Part shown: one piece after another, positions 51,701-64,000 of the stretch
Layout: every line of letters starts with the position of its first letter
Position numbering within the stretch: the stretch's first letter is position 1
Assembly (NCBI GenBank): GCA_965235115.1
Contig: OZ249436.1
Span: 19,718,001-19,782,000, forward strand
Source: Laetmonice hystrix
Taxonomy: Eukaryota
Length of the DNA stretch: 64,000 nt
Reading direction: 5' to 3'
Position numbers and translations under genes: made by a program
The notes under the pieces: generated by a model
Seen by the model: the letters and a program-made list of their open reading frames with translations, nothing else
What the model was told of the DNA's origin: nothing
Databases searched by the model: none

Positions 51701-54700
51701 CGTCAGATTACATTATTTCATCATAAATAAAAAAATATTGGTAAATTTATGAAAAGAAATATGCAAAGTGACCAATCGTGAATAGCAGCACATATCTAGT
51801 GACCAAATACACGATTCCTATATGACTAAAGCAGTTTTAGAAAAAAATGTCAAAAGTGACAAACTTCAAAGTCACGTGGTTCGGCGAAAATAGGTCAAAT
51901 CGCTAATCCTTGGAATCGTATTGTGAACCTTTCGTTAGAGAGTGTTTTTGCCGAATATTGTCGAATTTTACCAAAAAATAGAGAAGGAGAAGCAATTTAA
52001 CCGATTTGTGACCAATGACCCAGTTCACCCTAAGGTCAAAGGTCAAAGGTCAAATCAAGACTCAAATTGAGGCAGCACCTTTGGCCCATTATGAGGGCAT
52101 GACGGGTTTTTTAAAAAAATTCCCAATATGAGCTTAAAAATGGCTTCAATTTTCATAAGACGTTTGACGTCATCACGTCATGACGTGACGTCACATGACG
52201 TCAGGATTCGATGCCTGACCATACTTTGTCATTGTCAAGATGTGTGCCAAATTTCATTTTGATATTTTGAAAATTGACTGAGATAGACATACAAGTTTAC
52301 TACTACTACTACTACTACTACTACAACTACGACGCCAAAAATAATACAGAAGACGAAACCACACAATTTCTAAATCCCATCCCCTCCGTAGGGGATGGGA
52401 TAACTAGACACGTTGTGGCGATACCACAATTGATCCCATCCCCGGGGAGTCACGTGATATATGACTTCCTATTCCTGTTCAATAGTAACCATGGCTCAAT
52501 CTTTCACCGTTTACGAGTTGGAGGCTTAGGAAAATAATTTTAATATCATTATAATCTCATACGTCATGATCCTGCTTTCATGCAGGCTCAGATCCAGTAC
52601 CGCAAGAAAGGAGGGGCACCAAAGGTGCAAGGCGAACATGGGCGCGGGGGGGGGGGACTTGAATTTAGAAAGTCAAAGAACGTTACTTCTGGAGCTAGAT
52701 GTGAAGTTTCTCAAAGTATTTCAGGCGCATGTAGGGGTCCGGGGGTTGGACCCCCTCTCCTGCTCCCCCAGAGCATAGATTCATTTTTCCTTAGATTCAG
52801 CGGGACACCATCGAACGAAGAGGTGCAAAGCATTCTGCCTATTTTAAACTGGTTGAGTGATGAATAGGCCTACACAAAATATAGTGCACTAAATGGGTCC
52901 ATAAAAGGCTTCTAATTTAAAAAAAAAACATTTCGGCGACCACCCTGCTGAAAATCCTAGATACGTGGCTGTATTTAGACCTAGCCTAACAATAATGTCA
53001 ATTCTTCAAAAAGAAAGAGTGCAGATACGCCCCTGACATGTCGAAAGGGATCATAGAGATCTACTGCATGGTATATCTACCTATTTTGATATATTAATCA
53101 TTGTGGAAGGATACATTAAAATCGTAATTATATCTAGAGACTCTGATTGCCAAGCAATACAGGTAGGTCCCATTTCCCGAATGGTTTTCTATCATTACCT
53201 ATATTTTTCTCTCATTTAATTATTGTCCCAACAATAGCGTCATTTCCATTCACATGGAAGTTACTAAGTATCCTTTTGACATTATGAAATATTATAGTCC
53301 TGATGGATTATATGGATTATACCCGTTACGGGCATCATGAAAAATATCACAGACTCAAGAACAATAGGTGCGAATGTCATCCACACCAGGCTGTTGGCTC
53401 ACGCTGAAACCAAGTGCAGCTGGCCAAAAGTTTGCCGTGTCTCTTGAACTCCACAGCCAACAATCAGTAGTAGCCTAGTGTTTTATTCAGCTCTCCTATG
53501 TAAGATTTAAAAACAAATGCATTAGACAGTTATATCTACAGTTCAAAGGCACAGCTAATTCAGTTATGTCAGTTCTGAATACACAATCATCCTCCACCAA
53601 ACCGACCCTGACTGGGAGGGAGGGGGCGGAGTCACAACCCGCCTGCCGACCCGGCCGCCTGGCCGGCCCTTATCACCAGCGCTTACGTAACCCTCTGCCG
53701 ACCCTGGCTCTGGCCTCCCAGCAGGTGATTTGTGTATTCAGAGATGCCACCTGTCAGAGTGTAAAAATATTATAGTGAAGACTATACCCATTAAAACTTA
53801 CAATTCTGGCCATATTACCTTTCCAAAACAAGAACTAAACAGTCAGTGGTATACCTGAATCTATACACTTTGTAATTGTTGTATTTGTATATGGCTATCT
53901 TAAACAGGTTTAAGGTAGAGCCTGTCAACGTCAGATTACATTATTTCATCATAAATAAAAAAGATATTGGTAAATTTATGAAAAGAAATATGCAAAGTGA
54001 CCAATCGTCAATAGCAGCACATATCTAGTGACCAAATACACGATTCCTATATGACTAAAGCAGTTTTAGAAAAAAATGTCAAAAGTGACAAACTTCAAAG
54101 TCACGTGGTTCGGCGAAAATAGGTCAAATCGCTAATCCTTGGAATCGTATTGTGAACCTTTCGTTAGAGAGTGTTTTTGCCGAATATTGTCGAATTTTAC
54201 CAAAAAATAGAGAAGGAGAAGCAATTTAACCGATTTGTGACCAATGACCCAGTTCACCCTAAGGTAAAAGGTCAAAGGTCAAATCAAGACTCAAATTAAG
54301 GCAGCACCTTTGGCCGATTATGAGGGCATGACGGGTTTTTAAAAAAAATTCCCAATATGAGCTTAAAAATGGCTTCAATTTTCATAATACGTTTGACGTC
54401 ATCACGTCATGACGTGACGTTACATGACGTCAGGATTCGATGCCTGACCATACTTTGTCATTGTCAAGATGTGTGCCAAATTTCATTTTGATATTTTGAA
54501 AATTGACTGAGATAGACATACAAGTTTACTACTACTACTACTACAACTACGACGCCAAAAACTAGACACGTTGTGGCGATACCACAATTGATCCCATCCC
54601 CGGGGAGTCACGTGATATATGACTTCCTATTCCTGTTCAATAGTAACCATGGCTCAATCTTTCACCGTTTACGAGTTGGAGGCTTAGGAAAATAATGTTA

Positions 54701-56906
54701 ATATCATTATAATCTCATACGTCATGATCCTGCTTTCATGCAGGCTCAGATCCAGTACCGCAAGAAAGGAGGGGCACCAAAGGTGCAAGGCGAACATGGG
54801 CGCGGGGGGGGACTTGAATTTAGAAAGTCAAAGAACGTTACTTCTGGAGCTAGATGTGAAGTTTCTCAAAGTATTTCAGGCGCATGTAGGGGTCCGGGGG
54901 TTGGACCCCCTCTCCTGCTCCCCCAGAGCATAGATTCATTTTTCCTTAGATTCAGCGGGACACCATCGAACGAACAGGTGCAAAGCATTCTGCCTATTTT
55001 AAACTGGTTGAGTGATGAATAGGCCTACACAAAATATAGTGCACTAAATGGGTCCATAAAAGGCTTCTAATTTAAAAAAAAACATTTCGGCGACCACCCT
55101 GCTGAAAATCCTAGATACGTGGCTGTATTTAGACCTAGCCTAACAATAATGTCAATTCTTTAAAAAGAAAGAGTGCAGATACGCCCCTGACATGTCGAAA
55201 GGGATCATAGAGATCTACTGCATGGTATATCTACCTATTTTGATATATTAATCATTGTGGAAGGATACATTAAAATCGTAATTATATCTAGAGACTCTGA
55301 TTGCCAAGCAATACAGGTAGGTCCCATTTCCCGAATGGTTTTCTATCATTACCTATATTTTTCTCTCATTTAATTATTGTCCCAACAATAGCGTCATTTC
55401 CATTCACATGGAAGTTACTAAGTATTCTTTTGACATTATGAAATATTATAGTCCTGATGGATTATATGGATTATACCCGTTACGGGCATCATGACAAATA
55501 TCACAGACTCAAGAACAATAGGTGCGAATGCCATCCACACCAGGCTGTTGGCTCACGCTGAAACCAAGTGCAGCTGGCCAAAAGTTTGCCGTGTCTCTTG
55601 AACTCCACAGCCAACAATCAGTAGTAGCCTAGTGTTTTATTCAGCTCTCCTATGTAAGATTTAAAAACAAATGCATTAGACAGTTATATCTACAGTTCAA
55701 AGGCACAGCTAATTCAGTTATGTCAGTTCTGAATACACAATCATCCTCCACCAAACCGACCCTGACTGGGAGGGAGGGGGCGGAGTCACAACCCGCCTGC
55801 CGACCCGGCCGCCTGGCCGGCCCTTATCACCAGCGCTTACGTAACCCTCTGCCGACCCTGGCTCTGGCCTCCCAGCAGGTGATTTGTGTATTCAGAGATG
55901 CCACCTGTCAGAGTGTAAAAATATTATAGTGGAGACTATACCCATTAAAACTTACAATTCTGGCCATATTACCTTTCCAAAACAAGAACTAAACAGTCAG
56001 TGGTATACCTGAATCTATACACTTTGTAATTGTTGTATTTGTATATGGCTATCTTAAACAGGTTTAAGGTAGAGCCTGTCAACGTCAGATTACATTATTT
56101 CATCATAAATAAAAAAGATATTGGTAAATTTATGAAAAGAAATATGCAAAGTGACCAATCGTCAATAGCAGCACATATCTAGTGACCAAATACACGATTC
56201 CTATATGACTAAAGCAGTTTTAGAAAAAAATGTCAAAAGTGACAAACTTCAAAGTCACGTGGTTCGGCGAAAATAGGTCAAATCGCTAATCCTTGGAATC
56301 GTATTGTGAACCTTTCGTTAGAGAGTGTTTTTGCCGAATATTGTCGAATTTTACCAAAAAATAGAGAAGGAGAAGCAATTTAACCGATTTGTGACCAATG
56401 ACCCAGTTCACCCTAAGGTCAAAGGTCAAAGGTCAAATCAAGACTCAAATTGAGGCAGCACCTTTAGCCGATTATGAGGGCATGACGGGTTTTTAAAAAA
56501 AATTCCCAATATGAGCTTAAAAATGGCTTCAATTTTCATAATACGTTTGACGTCATCACGTCATGACGTGACGTTACATGACGTCAGGATTCGATGCCTG
56601 ACCATACTTTGTCATTGTCAAGATGTGTGCCAAATTTCATTTTGATATTTTGAAAATTGACTGAGATAGACATACAAGTTTACTACTACTACTACTACTA
56701 CAACTACGACGCCAAAAATAATACAGAAGACGAAACCACACAATTTCTAAATCCCATCCCCTCCGTAGGGGATGGGATAATAATACAGAAGACGAAACCA
56801 CACAATTTCTAAATCCCATCCCCTCCGTAGGGGATGGGATAATAATAATAGGGAAGACGAAACCGTACAATCTGAAGATCCCATCCCCCTGTAGGGGATG
56901 GGATAA
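48755..56906 (+). mobile_element. Head-to-tail array of Helentron/HINE-like elements, including three near-identical ~2.2-kb units (starting at about 50180, 52404 and 54561)
   Basis: Repeated head actaga(t/c)acgttgtgg..ccacaa, (ACT)n tract and 3' hairpin atcccatcccctccgtaggggatgggat; unit offsets 2228 and 2154 bp. Confidence 0.75.
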
Positions 56907-57021
56907 CAAGAAAGAGACGAAGGGGTAGGAGAAGTTAAAGAAGAAGTAGAAGAAATGTCAGTCAGAGTGATTAAGACGAATTGCGTATCCCCTCAAACTG
57001 TCCTTTCGATTCATCACCGAC

Positions 57022-57120
57022 TTGTTTGACAGAGATTGCATGTGAATCCTGGCGGACCGTCACATGAGAAACTTGCGATTACTACTGCAGTTCTAACTGC
57101 ATCGCGAATACATTATTAAT
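57022..57120 (-). pseudogene. Decayed EGF exon, duplicate of 47744-47842
   Basis: Same lesions as the other copy. Confidence 0.7.
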
Positions 57121-57178
57121 CTGATGACAATGTAAGAAGATGTAAGTAACTAGAAGTAATGATTTCTAAACCACCCAC

Positions 57179-57292
57179 CTGTTTCGCAGTTGTCGCCAGT
57201 GAAGCCGGCGACACATTGGCAGGTATACATGTTGACTTCATCCATACACGTACCACCATTAGTACACGGCATGGACATACACTCATCAATGT
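57179..57292 (-). CDS. EGF exon [38 protein letters not shown]
   Basis: ttctag/GTGGGT flanks, 114 nt. Confidence 0.92.
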
Positions 57293-57595
57293 CTAGAAAT
57301 GGTAAAAGGATTTTTTTCTGCAATAATTTAATTTGCAACAGGCCTATAACTATAGCTCTACACAAGCATTAGCATTGACTACAATCAGGTGTGCCCACAT
57401 ACTACAAAGAGATTGTCTTCTAGAATTTACCGATAGCCACTTTCAACCGGGCTACCTACTATCGACTCTGTCCCTATATGTAAGTAGACATCGGCATAGA
57501 CACCAAGAATTGGAAGTCACCACAGTCAATTTCTTCTGACATTGGGAAATACACCTATATCGGTCTAATAATGCATGTGGGGGTTAAATAGCTTA

Positions 57596-57778
57596 GAAGA
57601 AGAAGAAGAAGAAGAAGAAGAAGAAGAACAGAAGAAGAAGGAGAAGAAGAAGGAGGAGGAGGAGAAGGAGGAGAAGAAGTGTCGGTGGATTTACAACGGC
57701 AAGCATAAGGCCATCTCCCGGACAGTGGTAGTAGTAGTAGTAATAGTAGTAGTAGTAGGAGTAGTAGTGGTAGTGATG

Positions 57779-57827
<49 letters not shown>

Positions 57828-57962
57828 TAGTAGTAATAGTAATAGTAGTAGTGGAAGTAGTAGTAGTAGAAGTAGTAGTAGTAGTGGTAGTAGTAGTGGT
57901 AGTAGTAATAGTAATAGTAGTAGTGGTAGTGGTAGTAGTAGTAGTAGTAGTAGTAGTAGTAA

Positions 57963-58019
<57 letters not shown>

Positions 58020-58043
58020 TGGTAGTAGTGGTAGTAGTAGCAG
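57596..58043. repeat. (GAA)n and (GTA)n microsatellites
   Basis: Visible directly. Confidence 0.95.
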
Positions 58044-58171
58044 TATGTGGTCGTAGTCCCTATTTACCGTTGATGCGATGCAGTTAAACCTACATTTGTA
58101 ATCTAATGACTATGTAAGAAGATGTAAGTAGTCAGAAAGTAGGCATATGTAATGATTTAAAGATCACCCAC

Positions 58172-58285
58172 TTGTTTCGCAGTTGTCGCCATTGAAACCG
58201 TCGGCACATTGGCAGGTATACATGTTGACTTCATCCATACACGTACCACCATTAGCACACGGCGTGGACATACACTCATCAATGT
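58172..58285 (-). CDS. EGF exon [38 protein letters not shown]
   Basis: ttctag/GTGGGT flanks, 114 nt. Confidence 0.92.
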
Positions 58286-58757
58286 CTAGAAATGGTAAAA
58301 GGATTTTTTCTGCAATAATTTAATTTGCAACAGGCCTATAACTATAGCTCTACACAAGCATTAGCATTGACTACAATCAGGTGTGCCCATATACTACAAA
58401 GAGATTGTCTTCTAGAATTTACCGATAGCCACTTTCAACCGGGCTACCTACTATCGACTCTGTCCCTATATGTAAGCAGACATCGGCATAGACACCAAGA
58501 ATTGGAAGTCACCACAGTCAATTTCTTCTGACATTGGCAAATACGGCTCATATAGCGGTCTAATAATACATGCGGGGGTTAAATAGCTTCTTTTACTAGC
58601 CCTAAACCTGAACTGATCCTATAACCTCGTTTCGAAGACCTCCCCCAAAGAAATCCCCCCTATTCCTAGCCCCTGTTCCTAGTTGTATTCCCAATGTTCA
58701 CGGGAATGTCACCATGGGCTAAATGTTAGGCCTAATAACCGCAATTAAAGCACTTAC

Positions 58758-58871
58758 TTGTTTCACAGCTTGTACCAGTGAATCCGTCCACACACATGCA
58801 GCTGAAAAGGTCGATTCCTTCCGTGCACGTCCCGCCATTCTCGCAGGGGTCGCTCATACATTCGTCAATGT
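58758..58871 (-). CDS. EGF exon DIDECMSDPCENGGTCTEGIDLFSCMCVDGFTGTSCET
   Basis: AG/GTAAGT flanks, 114 nt. Confidence 0.92.
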
Positions 58872-60100
58872 CTTTCAAACATCAAATAAATTAGGCTGGC
58901 GTATATCGATAGAAATTACATGTCGTCCACGCCAGGCGCGGATTCAGGGGGCCGGGGAGTACGTGCCCCCCTAGACCCTCAAAAGTGACCGATCCCCGTT
59001 CTATATTTCAGGTATTTTTTACCCTTAGGATTCCGGCTATGCCTCCTAGCCCTAGGTCATACCTTCTGACTGTGTCCCCCTGTAGGGCACACCTTCTGCA
59101 GGCGTTTCAATGCGCTTATTGAAACACCCCCTAAATCCGGCCCTGTGCATTTAACACACGCTGAGCGACTAAAGCCAGGAATCTATGTGTACGTAGTCTG
59201 GGCGTGATGCGTACTGCCTATTACGTAATGCGTATTGATGTGTGCGTCACAGAGCTTTCGCTGACATTTACAGAGGTGGGTTTTATTTCTTTTTCTGTAG
59301 AAAATGTGTGCTACATTCTGTGAGGAAGTATTATGTTAAAGTAATGGTAAATTCCCGAATTTTCTCCAGTTCACTCTGGTTCTGTCTTATCCTAACTAAA
59401 GAGAAACATAACATGTATTTTTACCAAATCTGCCCCAAACGCCATCTATTTACTCTTGATTCTTGCGAATGGGCAAATTTGATGGGCAAACATGCACCCT
59501 TTGATGGGCTATGAAAAACGCGGCATGCGTTTTTCAGTAGGATGTTTGCAACACGCAACAGAAGTAATCCAGATCTAACTCGTATTTTATATTACAAATA
59601 CACATCTCGTATTCACATTATGTAGACAGGAGGGGGAGGGACGAGTCGGCCTCCAACGGTGATATTTTTTGCTGTTGACAATCCAGCATGAGAGGGTTTC
59701 ACCGGTTGCAATCTCCCTCGGCATGTAGGCCTACGCCCGGCCCTTCAGTTCAAATACAATGGTGGTTGAATCATAGCACGTTTTTCTTTCGATTGATCGC
59801 GATTTTCGGTTATACTGCAAGTAACACGCAGGTATTGTCCCTATTAGACATGGCAAATATTTGTACACGTCTTTGGTAACATGCAGGGAGTAATATTAGA
59901 AAATCGTTAAAATTTTCCTACATTCTACGCTATAATATAACTTTAAAAAATATACTCACAATGATCAGTGTGTGAAATTAAGGGGGGAAAGCTGCCGGTC
60001 AGAAGTTACCGGTCCTTCGGGACTGTCCAAAATTATGTAACCAGATTTGTCCGGTTTTGTCCATTTCGATAATATTATTTGAAGAGACTTTCTCTTTTAA

Positions 60101-60673
60101 AGGGAAATGTGAGTGTTCGAATCTACAACTAGAATTTTCTAAATATTTTTATGGGGGATAGCCTTTGTCCTTAGGAGTACAAAGAAACAAAAAAAATCAT
60201 TATGTCACCGAATTAGATTTTTTTATACAGGCCTCCGTAAAAAATGGGTCTTTACTATAGGTTTCAATGGGAAAAACAGGAGTTTTCAGACATTTTGACT
60301 AATAGTTAAAAAATGACCACGAATTTTCTCCTGAAACTCGGTGACAAGATAAAGTGGATCAGGACTAATAGTTTAAAACAAAATAAATTGGGGGTCACCG
60401 AATCAACAAAAAAGTTACAGCCTGCCAAACAGTGAGTGCCTTGGTAAAACACGGGTCTTAACTATAGCATTCAATGGAGTAGACAGGTTCTGGCACACAG
60501 TTTGGTTCATCATTTAAAAAATACTACTGATTTCCACGTCAAACTAGTTGACTGCATAAATAAGTCAAACATATTTCTGTTAAAGCTCACTACGCGGCGC
60601 TTTGAATACTCACATTTCCCCCGTGGTACCAACGCGACTCACTAGGTGGCGCTTTGAACACTCACATTTCCCT
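60101..60673. mobile_element. Kolobok-like MITE, inverted copy of 23324-23905
   Basis: Reverse-complement match; flanks TTAA and TCAA. Confidence 0.85.
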
Positions 60674-61236
60674 TCAAATCAGTATAGGCTTGGATTCCCT
60701 ATTTCCCGTGTGCTTAATGTAAGCATGATGCGTGTTCGAACGACCCCCGAGGCGTTCTGGTAATTGCGCGCTACGCAATGAGCACAATATGGATTCCCGG
60801 CCTAACAATGCATTTAGCATCGACTACGAGTGCACTCATTAAAGCATAATGTCCACCGGGTCATTCTGACATTCTATTTTATTTTTTCTATTTTTCTTCG
60901 AATGTTCTAAGGCTCCGTACTGGATGTTGAGACCGTCATCGGACACGAGCATTTCGACCTTTATGATGTGAAGGAAATTCTATGAAACCCTTTGGACTGC
61001 ACGCGTCTTTATCCAATATTCTCCTAAATACAATGATGCAAATTGATTTTTAACGTGATAGTGCTATGTAGGCCTAACGGTAGGAAACGCCAATGTTTAG
61101 AAACATTAGTGTCTCCCCACATATCAACGGATCCAGGGCTTCGGAGGGGGGGGGGGGCTTAGATCGGGGGGGGGAGGGCTTAACCCCCCCCCCCCATCTA
61201 ACCCCCACTTGAAACATCCTGGATCCGCTCCTGATA

Positions 61237-62100
61237 TATCGGGTGGATAAAAAAAAACGCCCCGAACTTTAAACTACAATATTTAAAAAAGTAGTGATTG
61301 TAATTTAATGAAATTTTTCTTAATATCACTTCATGATGTTGTCTCTTAGTTATTAATGCTACAACTCAATAGCTTGGATAATATTTCCGTGGCGCTAAAA
61401 ACAAAAATCATTGTACAAAAGCGCAGTGCCGGGCTAAAGCGAGTTGTAGTCGCACCAAGAGTGCCTGGCCTCACACTATAGTAGGTGGTCAATCGGTCCC
61501 CCGTTTTCACTTCATACTGCTCTCAGTCTCTTTTTCCATGAGCCAATTCACTTCCTGATCTCTGATAGGGAAATATCTTCCCAACATTGGGAAATACGCA
61601 ACGTTCTGAACGTGTTGTAAACGTGATTATGATACGATTTCCCTTGAACTTCTGGTTAGAGTCATATCGTCCTAATGTTGCAGTTTCTCTCTATGGTTTG
61701 GCACATTAAACATCTGGTTTTCTCTAGAAGTACTAGGAATGGCACATATTTTATTATATCTAGTGGTCAACAACATTATACATATTGTAAAACGTGCAAA
61801 AACTAAATATTGATTTTTTTTACCCAAGGTACAATGCGGTGCATCAAACAGGTGTCAAAATGGACACCTGGCAGCTGCAAGGATATTTGACTTAATTCCG
61901 GCATTGCGTCTTTAGACACTGATTTTTGTTTTTAGTGCCACGGGATTCATATCAAAGCTATTGAGCTGAAGCTTTAACATATACCAACGATAATATCATA
62001 AAGTCATGAGTGATATTACGGGAAATTTTATTGACTTATAACGCATAGTTTTTGAAATATCAAAGTTTGAAGTTCGGGCCTTTTTGATATCCACCCGATA
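61237..62100. mobile_element. Non-autonomous DNA element with long diverged TIRs (possibly Tc1/mariner-like)
   Basis: Ends tatcgggtggata.. / ..tatccacccgata; inverted similarity continues about 200 bp inward. Confidence 0.65.
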
Positions 62101-62971
62101 TTTGTATTTAGTCACCATGTGGCAGTTTTCGAGCTTATTATCAAGCGCCATGGTTGAGTGGACACGGGCGAATCCCAACGAGGAGCACCACCACAGAAGT
62201 GGTGGCAACCTCTATTGGGATCGCTCGTGTCGGTATTGGTAGACAGCCTCGGCTCACCTCGGCTGTCTACCAATACCGCCACTCGCTTGTACACCTCATC
62301 AACCTCGGTGGACCTCAACACTCGGGGTTACACCCTCTTGTTTCGTCCCACCTCGGTATGATGTGACACATAGGTGGACCTCAACACCCTGGGTTGACAC
62401 CCTATTGTCTTGGCCCACCTCGCGTCACGAGGCGACATGTCGCTTTAATCTCTGCAGACGACTGAGAAGCGTCAATTGAACAGCCCTTGTCCCGACTCCT
62501 ATAGCGTAAAGTAGACTACTTGTACAGTGGTGTGTAAGCTTGGTAGAACACATTTTTCACGATTTGCGTCGAATATAATGTAAGAAACCTAGAAGGTTCT
62601 AACCGCACATAACAAATAATATATTTTTAATTATCTAAATATTTGAAAACGTAATGGATCGAAGTATTTATTAAATATATGAGAAAATATACACGGACTC
62701 GTCTTATGATACAGCTCACTAGAGGCGCTGCTAAACCACGTGCAAGAAATTGCCCATTTTTATTCCAACTCAAATGCTCAGAAAGCCGTCGAGATTGATC
62801 ATTGGCACCACCATGAAAAGGTGGTGGTCACACCGGTCACGGTTCTTGACTTTCTATGGCCGGTTAGGGCCAGTCGGACGAGTCCAAGATCCAAATATAT
62901 TCAACTGGACCAACGGACCCAGCGTCATTTAGGGGTGTTCGCCGTTCATTCTCAAACTGCCAACGTGATTA

Positions 62972-63501
62972 AGGCCGGCCACACAGAGCCGACTACCCCC
63001 AACCCGATGGTCGGAGGCCTGGGGGGTCCAAATCGGCCAACTACTTAGTCAATCTGATATATGCCCAACCATGCCACACTGAATGCGATCCGAAAGTCGG
63101 GAGTGGGATGCCACACTAGCGACACCACTCGTGACCAGTATATACTATTGTAACTATTCATTCCCCTAGCGGTAGTTCCCACTCCGCCATGTTGTTTGTG
63201 TTGTCCCGCTCGCAGGGTATCTTGGGAGTAGCGTTTGTATGGTGCGCGCTGTGATTGGCTGGTAAGCAGCCCGACTGTTGAGTCTGGTCGGTAGGTACGC
63301 CACACAGGCCCGACTAGGCCCGACTAGACCAAACCGTTTGGTCGCTCATCTTGTGCAGGACAAGATGAACGACCGGACTGGTCAGTCGGTGAAAAACACC
63401 CGACTACGGCCGACTGACCATGCCAGACAGGGCCGACTACCCCCGACTCGACTCCCCCAGACCATCGGGTCGGGAGTAGTCGGCCCTGTGTGGCCGGGCC
63501 T
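62972..63501. mobile_element. PIF/Harbinger-type MITE
   Basis: TIR of about 40 bp (aggccggccacacagagccgactac..); TTA/TAA flanks. Confidence 0.8.
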
Positions 63502-63709
63502 TAACCCATTTGCAAATGGGTCTGACTCAATAATGAATTCACAGATGGGTTGCTCATTTGCAAATGGCGGCTGGTCGGATCTGCAGGTTAAAACACCAAA
63601 AGGGGATATATTCCTTATTAGTTAAAAAAAGAGAGACTATTTCACTTCCCTTTTTTCCAATTCTTGTGCGGTAAATTCTTCCTTTAACAGCCGGTACTGA
63701 GTAGCCTAC

Positions 63710-63829
63710 CTGTTTCACAAATGTCCCCAGTATATCCTGGTGCACAGTTACACGTGAATTTGTTAGCTCCATCCACACAAGTCGCTCCGTTTAGACAGTT
63801 TTCCCCAGGACACGTGCAATCATCAATAT
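63710..63829 (-). CDS. EGF exon with 7 Cys: [40 protein letters not shown] (most 5' intact exon in the window)
   Basis: ccatag/GTAGGC flanks, 120 nt, phase 1-1. Confidence 0.92.
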
Positions 63830-63914
63830 CTATGGATGCAAAAATCGACGATAAAGGCACCAGGGGCATGTGGCCCACTCCATCAAGCATACACATATAC
63901 ATACATGTACTTAC

Positions 63915-63950
63915 CATTTATACAATTTGCTCGCAGGCAGTCGTCAATGT
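63915..63950 (-). pseudogene. 36-nt EGF exon remnant [13 protein letters not shown]
   Basis: Strong GTAAGT donor, but GG where the acceptor AG should be. Confidence 0.55.
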
Positions 63951-64000
63951 CCATCAAATAAAATGAATACAAGTTAGGCTTCGTGAGGTTAATAGCAATT

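Noticed and set aside
51338..55929. Three identical 69-aa ORFs as a gene family
   Set aside because: The identity simply reflects the 2.2-kb triplication; there is no coding evidence.
28435..63829. Calling the EGF gene Notch, crumbs or fibropellin by symbol
   Set aside because: No LNR, ankyrin, laminin-G, transmembrane or avidin-like domain is seen, and the 5' end is outside the window.

Overview
Repeat-rich animal genomic DNA, probably a marine invertebrate; I cannot place the taxon from sequence alone. Two spliced genes face each other tail-to-tail. (1) A complete three-exon, 159-aa Ly6/uPAR (three-finger, quiver/sleepless-like) gene on the + strand (14911-22605), with signal peptide, 10 Cys and a GPI-like tail. 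A 17 x 52-bp CCAAT/GATA minisatellite lies just upstream of it. (2) The 3' part of a large minus-strand gene with 14 intact symmetric phase-1 Notch/fibropellin-type EGF exons (63829 down to 29730) and a short Cys-rich last exon present in two copies; its 5' end is outside the window. The EGF gene shows exon turnover: recently duplicated exons, at least five dead or half exons, an EGF exon stretched in frame by a 12-bp repeat, and a ~30-copy 70-bp satellite whose unit is half an EGF exon plus its splice donor. The rest is minisatellites and nested non-autonomous transposons: hAT-, Harbinger-, Kolobok- and CACTA-like MITEs, a 2.4-kb foldback element, a Deu/Nin-type SINE and an 8-kb Helentron-like array. 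A third small minus-strand gene at 3420-7433 is possible but weakly supported. Most ORF-track entries are repeat artefacts. I found no prokaryotic-type system, CRISPR array or rRNA. All calls come from reading by eye; no database search was run.
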